Assembly: GCA_012295275.1 (NCBI GenBank)
Contig: CM022667.1
Coordinates: 8,432,001-8,496,000, forward strand
Direction: 5' to 3'
Length of the DNA stretch: 64,000 nt
Origin: Chrysomallon squamiferum
Lineage: Eukaryota; Animalia; Mollusca
The notes below the pieces were generated by a model. That model did no database searches, was not told the origin of the DNA, and worked only from the letters and a program-made list of their open reading frames with translations. Below are positions 22,870 through 34,923 of the stretch, one piece after another; position 1 is the stretch's first letter, and every line of letters starts with the position of its first letter. The position numbers and the translations under genes were made by a program.

Positions 22870-24559
22870 AGCACAAGAATTCCAAGTTCTAATATAATTT
22901 ATTTTTATGAAAAATTTGTTTTATATTTACCTGTACGACACAGGTAAATGTAGGAATGAACAACAAAAGAAATAATGATTAGTAACTAAGTAACGCTTCA
23001 GTGACTAACAAGATTACCAAACTAGAACTGAACCCTGAATTCCCAGTGACACTAACAATGGCGTCTCACTGAAAACTCCGCGTGTGATGGACATTTCAAC
23101 AGATGACCGCGGTGTGTGTGTGATTGTCTACCGAGGCAGGAATCCCCGATAAGTGGAGCAAGTTTATATAATTATGTTATCTCAGTTTACAAGCGGAGTA
23201 AACACACCCACCAGCAGCTGACCCAACACTTGACATATCGTTCTATCTGTTTACATAAGTCAAGCTTCAGCATCCGTACTAGAACCGTACAAAAATACAA
23301 CATACGTTCTTTTACTATAAACTAATACAACATTCAACTTTACATCATGTTCAATACAAAAATACAACAAACATTCCTGTACTGTAAACTCAACCAACAT
23401 TTAGTTTTGCATCAATATTCAATAACATATACGTTCTTGTATTACAGGTGATACACACTACATTCATCCTCATATTACATCCAGTACAAAAATTAAACGT
23501 TCAATTCTGTATTATTTCCTATACAAGAATACAACATTGATCCTTCTATTATATCCAATACGAAAATTAAACATTCGTTCTTGCATTACAACTAACATAA
23601 AAATGTAAAATTCATACATGTGTTACCGACATTAGCACAAACTAAACAGAGCATTCATCCATGAAGTATTCTGTTTCACTACCAGTAACATCATCAACAT
23701 GTACCTATACAACACAAACGACTAACATACTCACTCCGCACACACACATTTTGTAATTTTGTAATTAAATAGATTATACTGATAGGCGCATACTAAAGCA
23801 TGAAATTATGGGCAAGAACGGAATATGTGAGCAATAATTCGAAATGAAACAGTATTGTACAACCAGATTATTCAGTCCTCTGAATATACAAATTAATGTG
23901 TAATAATATAATGTATACTGACAATTAATTTATTATTATTCTTATTCTTATTCTTCTTATTATTATTATTATTATTCAGTACATGTTGTTGCTTAGACCA
24001 AATAGTTCTGTATAATGTTATTTTTGAGAAATCGAAATATTCGGTCCATTTGTCGATGAAAGGAAAGAGACGAAAACACCAAATACAGAACTACAGCTGC
24101 GCCACCTACCATGAAGGCACGTGATGTCTGTAACCTGTTTTCACACAATATGGACCCATACTGTACAGCAAGGGTGGTTTCTGTCGACAACAGATTATTA
24201 GTTTACGAATAGATTATGCAGCTGCTTTCTCATCTATCTCGTGGCCGATGATTTAACTCTGCAACGTAGTCAAACGTCTGAACGTAAACACGACTATTAA
24301 ACCAGTTAGCCATGAAGTCTGAATATTTAATTACAAACGTTAGCGATATTAATAATATCGTGTGTTGTTTGTTTGTTTCACTTCGCGGTGTCTCCGTATT
24401 GCAGTCATACGTCTGACGCGCACTTATTATGTGTCTGACAGACAATTATTGTAAGTCTGTTTAATGTCAGAAAATGTCGGCTTGTTTATTAGGTCAGTAA
24501 ATTATGTTAGTAGCAAGTTTCGCGCATGCGCATTTGTTTATCTCAGCAGTTAAGTTATG

Positions 24560-24620
<61 letters not shown>

Positions 24621-26855
24621 AGCTTCGATTAATTTCAAAAATACATTCAGTTTAGTTAGATAATAATTTTTTAAGTTAACGTCACCCAAGTAATAGGGTA
24701 CGGGTAAAAATCAACGTTTTTTCTCTTTAGAGAGTACCTGCCGGTAATAATAATAATAATAAGTATGCATACATATAAAAGCAACTGTTAAAAGACGAAG
24801 GGATTTAAAATGATAGTAATAATAATAATTTATCAAATTTTAATGATGACTGGCGTATGCGTCATCAACCTCGATTTTCCATTTGAAGTAAGCGAAGCTG
24901 TTAACGACATCAGTGGTGAAACTGGGCCCAGTTTCTATTCTTGTGCCAAAGGCGTGATTTTTAGTGGCCAGATTTGTCAGAAAACGAGTTCCGCCCGAGA
25001 TAAGCTGATAAAAATTTGTACTTCCTTTTATTTTAGTAATTACAGTACTTACGTCTGCAAACAACGACCCGGTACCAGGAGATATGGCACGAGGGTCATG
25101 ACCTTTGACTTATCAGAGAAGGAAAAGATGACCTCTTGACGTTAATCACACAGCGTGGTACGTCATGTACACGTAACAAAAGGACGCTAAGAATATATAG
25201 CAATGACACAAATGTTCACAGAATAATAATATCTGTGTATAAGTAAAAACAGTGCTCTGTATTATTTGCCTTATAAAAAGTTACCTGAAACTAAACCATA
25301 AATATTTATTGCATATGAATATGGCTTTTAAAAAAAACCATGGTTCCTAAATTTATCATAAATTCTAATACATCAATTTATATTTATAATGTAATAGATC
25401 CAACCATGCAGGAGCGACCTTCAAGTTTGTTTATGATTTTACACGTATGAATAACAGTTATCTTTATTTACGTGTTAGATTATTATCATGTCTGACTATT
25501 AATCTATCGCAGGTAAATTACATATAATCTCGAAAGTTGAGTGCTTTTCAAAATGTGTTGCATGTGCTTACATAATACATTTTTATTATCAGTTATAATG
25601 TTATTTCAAATTTGTTTTCGGAGTTCGTCAGTCCATATCCAAAATCTTTTGACAGTATAAATTTCTTTCTTCTTCTTCTTCTTCTTCTTTATTTATTATT
25701 TTTGTTTTATTATCTTTATATTTTTTTTACGGTAAGATACGACCTGACTTCTCTAAATTCTAAACTAGTTTGTATTTTTCTGTTTCCATGGTGATACACA
25801 AACAGATTGTTTCTATAGTGATGCTACAACAGCAAATGCACTGTAAGCAAGTCACAACGACACCGAAACGTCAGTCAACAGTTGTTGTAATCTGTAATCT
25901 GACGTAATACAATCACGTACAAAGTGAAACCATAGTCTTTAAGAAACTTTACTCTGTACAGCACGGTATACTATACTAAATAATAACTTTTTTGGATAAG
26001 TAAAACAAGAAAGTTATTTGTTACTCGTCATTTATCAGACGTTTTTGTTTTTTTACAAAGAATAAACCTTTGTTTATGTTTATATTTTGGGGGGGTTACA
26101 GATCGTAGGTTTTTATTTATGGGCTGTTGCAGTCTAGTTTATTTTCTTTTTTTTTTTTTTTTTCTTTTTTTTTCATAGATTTCCTTTTTTCTTTGTGTGT
26201 ACACATACATACACACAAAGATTCATATTGTGAAATATTCATGGACTAAATTTACTGGAGCGTTCAGAGATAAGATTATGCCTTATTTAATATTATTCAA
26301 ATAACGTTCTATTTTGAGATATAAAACGATTTTTTTTTTTCGGCAACAAACAATTTGGTTTACATATTACGCAAAAACTTTCTAAATGTTTCTATTCTTC
26401 TTCTTTTTTTTTTTTTTATCTTCAATACAGTAAGTTATTCATGCAAAAGTTTCGTCATACAGAGTTGAATTGCCGACAGAATGAATAACTTGTTTACCAG
26501 CAAAACAGGCTGTGTCGCTTCACTTGTGCATTTATTTAATTTTAGGAGACGCCAGGAAAAAGATTTCTTGTTTGAAGTCAGTTAATGCATTTTTGATTTG
26601 AGTTGCATTTTTCATGATCACAAATAGAATTCAAGTAACCAAAAGAAAAAAAAAAAAAAAAAAAAGATATGTTTTTCTGCTTTTTTATTTGCAACTCTCT
26701 TTCTAAATCAGGACTTCATGCAAACCTAATAAAATTATGATTATAACCTTACAACAGTATAATTTCTGAAAACAACTTTTAAAATAATGACGCTAACTTA
26801 ACGTAATTGCACATGCGTTTCTGTAGTATGTGTATGTGTGTGTATATGTATATAT

Positions 26856-26902
<47 letters not shown>

Positions 26903-27097
26903 TACAGTGGTACCTCGACTTACGAGCAGTCGCCAGGTCAGTTCTTAATGGGGTGGTTCCGGGGGTGGGGGGTGGAATGGATTAATGGTATTTCAGTTAA
27001 TTTCAGTTGGAAAAATTGATTTGATATACGAGCAAATTGAGCAAATTGAGGTAAGAGCTCCCTCATGGAACTAATTAAACTAGTAAGTCAAGGTACC

Positions 27098-27160
<63 letters not shown>

Positions 27161-30100
27161 TATATATATATATATATGTATATGGAGGCATTTATGTGAA
27201 GAAAAAAATAAAACACCTAACCAAAAATATTTCAGAGTCCTTTTACTTTTAATGCATATTTTAGAGATTAACTTTTATATATTTTTTTTGACGTCAAATT
27301 GCTTCACCTGACTTTTGGAAGTTGCTGATTCTCTTTGTATTTGTTTTTATTTGTTAGTGATGCAACACGTGACACGAAGTCAGGCTGATGCACGCTGAAA
27401 TGTGCTAACGATAACGTCTGAAATATTAATTACTGGGAGGAAACGGTGCATGCATAGGTAGAAATATGCACGAATATATTTGTGTACCACGGTAATAGAT
27501 CAAATTTCCACACACCTAGAGGCTTTCAGGCCCGTTCTATAGTCCGTTTCGTTATTTTAGAGAACTGCATACATACATATATATATATATGTCCTGTACT
27601 CTTAGTGTGTTTGTCTTTCTGTCCATCTACGTATGTGTCTGTCTCTATGTCTGTCTATCTATAAACATAAAACCACACACATTATCTCTGTTTCTCTGTG
27701 TAATCAAATTTACTCTGTTTATAATCCTTATTATCATTTCTCTAACCGTGTATTTCTCTCTCAGTATATGTATCTAGCTCTCTCTCTCTCTCTCTATAGA
27801 GAGAGAGAGAGAAAGAGTGAGTGAGAGAGAGAGACCTAGACACATGTGTTTGTGTATACACACACACATGTATATATCTGTCTATCTGCTTCTGCCTATC
27901 TATCTGCATTGCATCTCCATACATCTACATACACATCTATTTCAGTCTAACGTGTCTTAACTGTTGGTTTGTGTATTACCATTATGTCTATCAGTTTACT
28001 TAGTTATCTTTGTACGTGCGTCCACATGTCTGTCTTTCTGTCAGCTGTCTGCCTCTGTGTTTTTCTTTGTTACAATCTATCATGTTTATCTCTTTCTACT
28101 TTACCATCTACCAGCTTCTATCTACGCACCTATCTCTCTGCATGTTGCTTTATCAAGAGGTTGTTGGATTTAGAAATCTGATCTGAGCGCAGTGACGTAA
28201 GTAAGTTTGGAGCTTAAACTTTTCAAACACGTGACCTTGTTGTCATAGTTTTATGCGGTTTCTCAGTGATGTATAGGAAAGGCTTAAGTATGACAGATAC
28301 CTGTACAAAAGGGCTAACAGACTATTTTGTATCTGTTTTGTACAACCCACTAGTTTAACACCGAGCATACATACATACATACATACATACATACATACAT
28401 ACATACATACACACACACATACAAACATACATACATACATATATATACAGAGAGAGAGAGAGCCATACACACATACACCCAAACACACATATGAAGATAT
28501 ACTTGTTTATTTTATACATAACAATGAAAAATAGTTCAATTAGTCACACAAGAAAAGAAAAAAGAAACGAAGACTAAACTGCAGCCCAGTTCTCAAGACT
28601 TTTCTGAACCTCCTGAGTACCTTTAATTACCGCCATAATTGTCACGATTTTCACTTCCTCTGTATGTCAAGTGACCACTTTAGCGGTCACAATTCTCAGA
28701 CTTATAAAAGTCTCTGATATATTGCATAATGTTTTATCAGGCCTGTGTAATGACAAAGCCTGGGTATCGACTAGAATATCATAGTTTAATATTCTTGAAA
28801 TTAAGACGGCACTGAAGAGATTGACATTAATATACAGCATAGTCCCACATCAGTGTTAGCCTTCACAAGCAAATGTTTTTAAAAAAAAACTTGAATATTT
28901 GATTTTCCTGATTTCATACATCTTCTTTTCTTCGTCTTTCATTGTTCTGTTTTGTTTTCTTGTTATTTTATGGGTGGGGGTTCTTTGTCTCTTTCTATAT
29001 ATATATATATCAGAAAAGCACGATAAAAAAAAAAGAAAGAAAAAAGCGTTGAAATATAGCGATTTTATTACTGTTCTTGCTGCTGCTGCTGCTGTTGTTG
29101 TTCTGTGTGTTTTTATAAACTGCGAATCAGGCATTGAGGGGAAATAAATACCTGAGTGAATTCTGGCTGAGAAAGACGGGTTTGGAATTGCGAGATGAGA
29201 GGGTAGTGGCGACACAGCCAATCTACAACGACGTTAACTTCATCTAACCCGACGCAGTACCACGCCAACAACAATATCACCATATAACCTCGACCAGGCA
29301 GAACATCATCATTCAACGCGCTGAAGACAACACCCTCGTACAGCTGTGGATAAACTAATTCCTGTTATACAGTGGTCGTATTGCGAAGTTTTATGTTCAG
29401 TTACCTTTTTAAACAAGTATCGGGCTATTCTGTTAGCCGTTAATTTAAATCCGAATGATTAGGCCACAGCAGTTTAATTTATAAAATTATAAGTGTAACG
29501 TACACTCTCTCACACACACACACACACGCACGCACGCACGCACGCACGCTCACATACATACACATTCGCGCACACCCACTGTACTGGAGCGTAAATGCAA
29601 TATACATAAATAACATCACCATGACAATAAGTAAATAGTAAACACGTGGGGCTGTTTGAAGGCTTACAAGGACGTCTGAGACTAAATTATAACTATGCAG
29701 CGTATCACTAACATCCTGACTCTCTAGCATAATAACTATCGCGGGCTTTGAACCAAAATCAAAACTACGTGCTGCACGATGGAATTATAAATATTAGAAA
29801 AGATGAGGAAGGAAGCAGGTACGTTTTGTTTTCAGAAATGGATCACATTTATCTCTCTCTTTTTACATCCTCTTTCTGTACACTTAGGTTATTTGCGGCA
29901 CTTACATTAAGTTCACTGGGTCCGCGTTTTGGCAGAGTCGGCAGGTAGAGAAAATAGATTAGTTTAGGAATGTCCTGTTAGTCAGCAAGAAAGCAGCCAC
30001 ATATTGCACACCGCTTTGATCGAAGAATCGTTACGCTAAGTAAAAAAAAAAGGAGAAAACACAAAAAAACAACGATGTTTACGACCGTATTGTCATGGAA

Positions 30101-30714
30101 ACAGGAAGACTCCTGTACAAAATAGAACATAAGAGTTTCTTCGGCGGTGAGCGGCGGTGACTACGGTTACATCCGCGGTAGAGAAAATAGTTCTTTGATA
30201 CCCTACGGAATTTGGCGATCTTCAACGAGCCGTATTTATTTTGTTTCTCGTAATTTTTAAACAAAACCTCAGATATTACAGGAATTTCTTTTTTCTTCAC
30301 GTTACACAGTCTGAACAGAGAAAGACAAAAAGGAAGATAAATATAACATCCATATACGACCTTGGTGACAAATTCTTTTCTCGTTTTTTTGTTTACCGGT
30401 GAAAACAAAATTAAAATCAGTTCTGGCTCACAAAATAACGTGATCTGATTGTGACACATCTTTTTACATTTTTGTTTTGTTACCATGTGTGCGTGCGTGT
30501 GTGTGTGTGTGTGTGTGCGTGTGCGTGTGTGCTAAAATGTATTTATTATTATTTTTTAATTAAGACACACACTTTTTATAATCTTAATTTAACAGACACC
30601 TAGGAAAAATAATATTTAAGTAAATACAATTAAATTATCAAAAAGTTATGGTCCTCTAAATTTTGTCAAATAAGGATTTATTTATTTACATACATACTTA
30701 CTTATTTAATTTTA

Positions 30715-30775
<61 letters not shown>

Positions 30776-30859
30776 CCTTTATTTACTTATTAATTTTAAT
30801 TCCAACTGTTTCTTTGTGCATTCGAACAACGGTTTTAGCGGACATGCAAAGATATTTTG

Positions 30860-30923
<64 letters not shown>

Positions 30924-31336
30924 CCAAAGTCACCCATCCCCTGTTAAACCGATGAAACAACATCGTACTTTTTTCCAAACAAAAAAACATTTGAGGTTAA
31001 AAGTTCACGGCCGTATTTGACATTTCGCGACAAGACGAAAAACGAAAAATCAATATTTAAAAAAAGAAACGTTTAAATTTAGGTTTGAATTGTGGAGGCA
31101 AAATGTATTTGAAACTTCACACTCTATCAACAATATTCTTATTTCATTTTGCCTGCCTTACCTTGATTCTCTGCTGGTTTGACGTCATCTGTGCATGCGT
31201 AGATGAGCACCTATCCTGTACAGAAAACATGACTTAATGTTACGAAGTAAATATGCATGATTATAGAATATAAAATAATATATAGACGGCTCTGCTTGTA
31301 CTTATCCAAAAATTTAGGCACTTAATTAATTAATTA

Positions 31337-31377
<41 letters not shown>

Positions 31378-32666
31378 AACTGTCACAAAACAAATAGTAC
31401 CTCCTCGTTATAATCTCGGTCAAGGGAGAGCACTGCGATGGAACTATAATATTAAAACAGACGAATTCATCTCGATTAGATCCAACACTTGTATTTCATA
31501 AAGTAATAATGTGCATAAATTTTCTAAATATTTACATAGTAGCAGGTGATACGTATTAAGATTCTTATTAATTTATTCAAATGCTTTTATTACTCCCACT
31601 GCTACTACAACAACAACAACTACTACTACTACTACAAGAACTACTATTGCTATTATAACAACTACTCATATTACTACATTCTGCTATCATTGCTACAACA
31701 TGTTACAGACATCACGTGCCTTCATGGTAGGTGGCGCAACTGTAGTTCTATATTTCTGTTCCTACTATTACAGCTACTACTACTATTACTACTATAACAT
31801 TTTCTTATTTCGCTATTTATTTATTTATTTATTTATTTATTTATTTTCAGGTTCCATACACTGGTTCCAGCATGAACACAGCAAGAAGTTTCGGCCCGGC
31901 TATGATCATGTGGAAGTGGGGCGACTTTTGGGTAAATTATCATCTCTAACTTCAAAAACAAAGTCGCTCAATTACGTGCATCATTTAAAAAGTTAATGCA
32001 GCTGGCGCCAAATCAAAAGAATAATATTTAATTTCACATTCATTAATACTTTTGCGTGTTCGTTATCTTAATTTCAGATAACAGACGTAGCTAATGCAAA
32101 AAAAAAAAAAAAATCAGTTTGTTGTTGCACTTTTAAGTATGTCTTTTGTGATACGAAAAAAACAGTGTAAACATATTCTGTATATTCTGTTTTTTATGTT
32201 TGAGTTTTCCCGGTTTATCATAATTAATAAAGACGAGCAAAATAATTAAGACCAGTAAAACTAACGAAGCGAGAGACGCCAACCTATGTTTTTCTGTCTA
32301 AAGAATGTAACTGTACCAAGACAAAGCATATATATATGTATATTTAAACTTCGTAACTTTAAACCTAAATTAGCAGAAGACGATAAACAAATAACTGTGT
32401 TATTTTCGTCTGTTCAGATTTACACGGTCGGACCGATCCTGGGCGGGCTTATCGCCGGACTGCTGTACGACACGCTGTTTGCCATGAACGCCTCGCTGGC
32501 CAAGGCCAGAGCCTGCATGCTGTCCAGTGACTACGACGACGACAAATACGACGCACAGAAAACCAGAATCCGGATACTGGAAGAGTGCGGGGACCAGGAA
32601 ACGATTAAACTGAAGGAAGCGGAAGATGGAAAAGCCGGTTCGGTGGAAGAGCAACCTACTAATTAA
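18972..32666 (+). CDS. Classical (AQP1/AQP4-like) aquaporin, 303 aa; exons 18972-19553, 31851-31931, 32418-32666
   Basis: AEFLGT, HISGGHINPAIT, VEIFITFVLVFTVFA, GSSMNTARSFGPA, WIYTVGP motifs; all junctions are phase 0; 12.3-kb first intron. Confidence 0.95.
20795..20900. repeat. Short minisatellite, ~23-bp unit GTACTGTGTATTCTGGTACTGT(T/A)
   Basis: About 4 diverging copies read directly. Confidence 0.7.
23285..23610. repeat. Old, diverged minisatellite (~35-40 bp; AAAATACAACAT..GTTCT motif)
   Basis: Recurrent AATACAACAT/AAATTAAAC...TTCT spacing with strong C-over-G skew. Confidence 0.45.
24081..24134 (+). repeat. 54-bp element, copy A (inverted partner of 31702-31755)
   Basis: AAATACAGAACTACAGCTGCGCCACCTACCATGAAGGCACGTGATGTCTGTAAC; 52/54 identical to the reverse complement of copy B. 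Confidence 0.9.
26905..27101. mobile_element. Non-autonomous Tc1/mariner-superfamily (pogo/Tigger-type) MITE
   Basis: 22-bp TIRs CAGTGGTACCTCGACTTACGAG / CTAGTAAGTCAAGGTACCATTG (3 mismatches). TA on the left flank; the right flank runs into (TG)n. Confidence 0.8.
31702..31755 (-). repeat. 54-bp element, copy B
   Basis: Reverse complement of 24081-24134; ends 95 bp upstream of aquaporin exon 2. Confidence 0.9.
31851..31931 (+). CDS. Aquaporin exon 2 (loop E, NTA motif)
   Basis: TTTTCAG acceptor; VPYTGSSMNTARSFGPAMIMWKWGDFW; donor GTAAAT. Confidence 0.93.
32418..32666 (+). CDS. Aquaporin exon 3 (TM6 and C-tail)
   Basis: IYTVGPILGGLIAGLLYDTLF...EEQPTN*. Confidence 0.93.
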   Translation: MYTVGPILGGLIAGLLYDTLFAMNASLAKARACMLSSDYDDDKYDAQKTRIRILEECGDQETIKLKEAEDGKAGSVEEQPTN

Positions 32667-34422
32667 ACTGAATTCTCGCGCGAAGCGAGATTTCGCGAGA
32701 TTTGCCTCCATTCAGGGGTTTTAGAAAGACAAGACTGAAAAGTGAAGTTCCCTGACCTTGATGGAACGTATTTTGGTGGGGGAAGGATGGGGTTCGAATC
32801 TGACATATTTACTTTCCAGAGAATATCCTTTACAAGTAAATTTTGAAAGTTAAAAGACAACTAAATTCTTAAAAATTCCAAATTAAATTAAATTTCTTTT
32901 CTTGCGGAATTGTAAATAGGCTTACACTAGCATTTAATATTTACTTATTTATTTATCTTTATTATTATTATTTTAATTATTGGTTTGAAATTTCTGGTTT
33001 TAGTTAATTATATATATATATATATATATAATGATTTTAAATTTTATATATATATATTTTCTGGCATTAAGAATACACTGGGAAGGATACAGGAAATTTA
33101 AATTTATATAATTATTCCAGATTGCCATTTACATTATTTTTAACTTTTATCATTCTGCCAGCTTATTTTACATCTCGTTGTACTTTTGTCTTTGCAGAAA
33201 TATTTCACTCAGGTTCATATAAATTATAATCTCAAGTAATGGTCTCTCTATAAAGGGCGCGTTTGTGCGCACAATTTGTGTATCCATAGCACAGACACGT
33301 TTAGTTACTTGTTCTTCATTTATATAATAATTAACATATTTTTTTATTAGTTAATTAATTAATTAATTAATTAATTAATAATGACAAAATGGGAAATATG
33401 CCAACGTTTGTGTTTTATTTCAAGGACACAAAGCTCTCAAGAATTTGCTGTGTTCATATGTTATTTATATTTTGGTTACAGAGATAAATAAAAAAAAATT
33501 AAAAACAACAAAAAACACACAAATGCAAAATGAAGAAATAGAGAAGTTTTTCACACAGAAAATTTACGCAACTGATAACTGATTATTAGAGGGAACACTG
33601 ATTTCACTACACAGAAATTATTTTTTTACCTTTTATTGTTTTTATTATTTATCGATTGATCTTTTATTCTTTTATTTTTACCAATTCTTGATTTCTCACA
33701 CATTTATATTTTTATTTCATAAATCTAAACATTTAGTGTAGTTTATGACATCTTTTCAAAAATTTCACGAACGATAAATGGAACTGTATGAAAACACATT
33801 AATATAAACAATAATATTATAAATAAATGCCTATATAAATTAAATTAAGGACATGTGCAGTTATGTTAATTTTGTAGGCCTACTTTTCACACGATTTTCA
33901 ATTAAATGCATTTACATTTATTTTGTCATTTAAGATTTTCCAAACTTTGCAAAGAATTAACGATATTTATATTTAAAACAGTCTCTATGAAGATTAAATA
34001 AGAATTTGTACATTTTTTTATAAGACAGGTCTCTTTGTTATTTAAAAAAAAAAAAAAAATTATTTGTATTTTCAATATTCGTTATACTGCGGCAATAACT
34101 ATATACATATATATAAATACATTTAATTATATTTATTTCAAAGTTTATACGCATCTTTTCACCTATTGCTCATCTGGATTTGGAAGACAGCTTATTATAA
34201 AATACAGCACTTGCGTACAACTTGTCTATTGTCGTCATTTTGGTTTATTAAAGGTACATGTCTGTAACGTTTGCGTATTAAAGGCACGCTACCGAAAACC
34301 TTACAACAGTAAGTAAATTCCAAAAACGTTATTTATCTTTTAGATACATACTGTCGTATCATATTTATATTAAAAGAAAGGCGCATTTTCTGAAATGAAT
34401 GAAACATTAATATACAGGAAAA

Positions 34423-34464
<42 letters not shown>

Positions 34465-34831
34465 TAAAACAATCTTAAGATTTAGTTTCTGTTTTTCATT
34501 TATAATGGTAACGATATAATCCAAAACAGTAAGTAAATAGTTTATTAACATACCGTTTAGTAAATGGACTTTATAATGAACTGATTTTTCTGTTTTGAAA
34601 AGACCCAGTCTTTTGTGCAAATAGTTTACGTAATATTATAGACTGGACAAACGTAAAATGTTACGTCGAATATCGTTGCAACGCAACTGACACTAAACAA
34701 ATGTGCTAATACCAAGTCAACGTAACGCGATTTAAATATTCTTAGATCGGGATTTTTTCAAATTATATATTTATATAATAAAAGCTATCAACAGTATTCT
34801 TAGTTCTATTCTTTATTTTATTTTTTATTTT

Positions 34832-34923
<92 letters not shown>

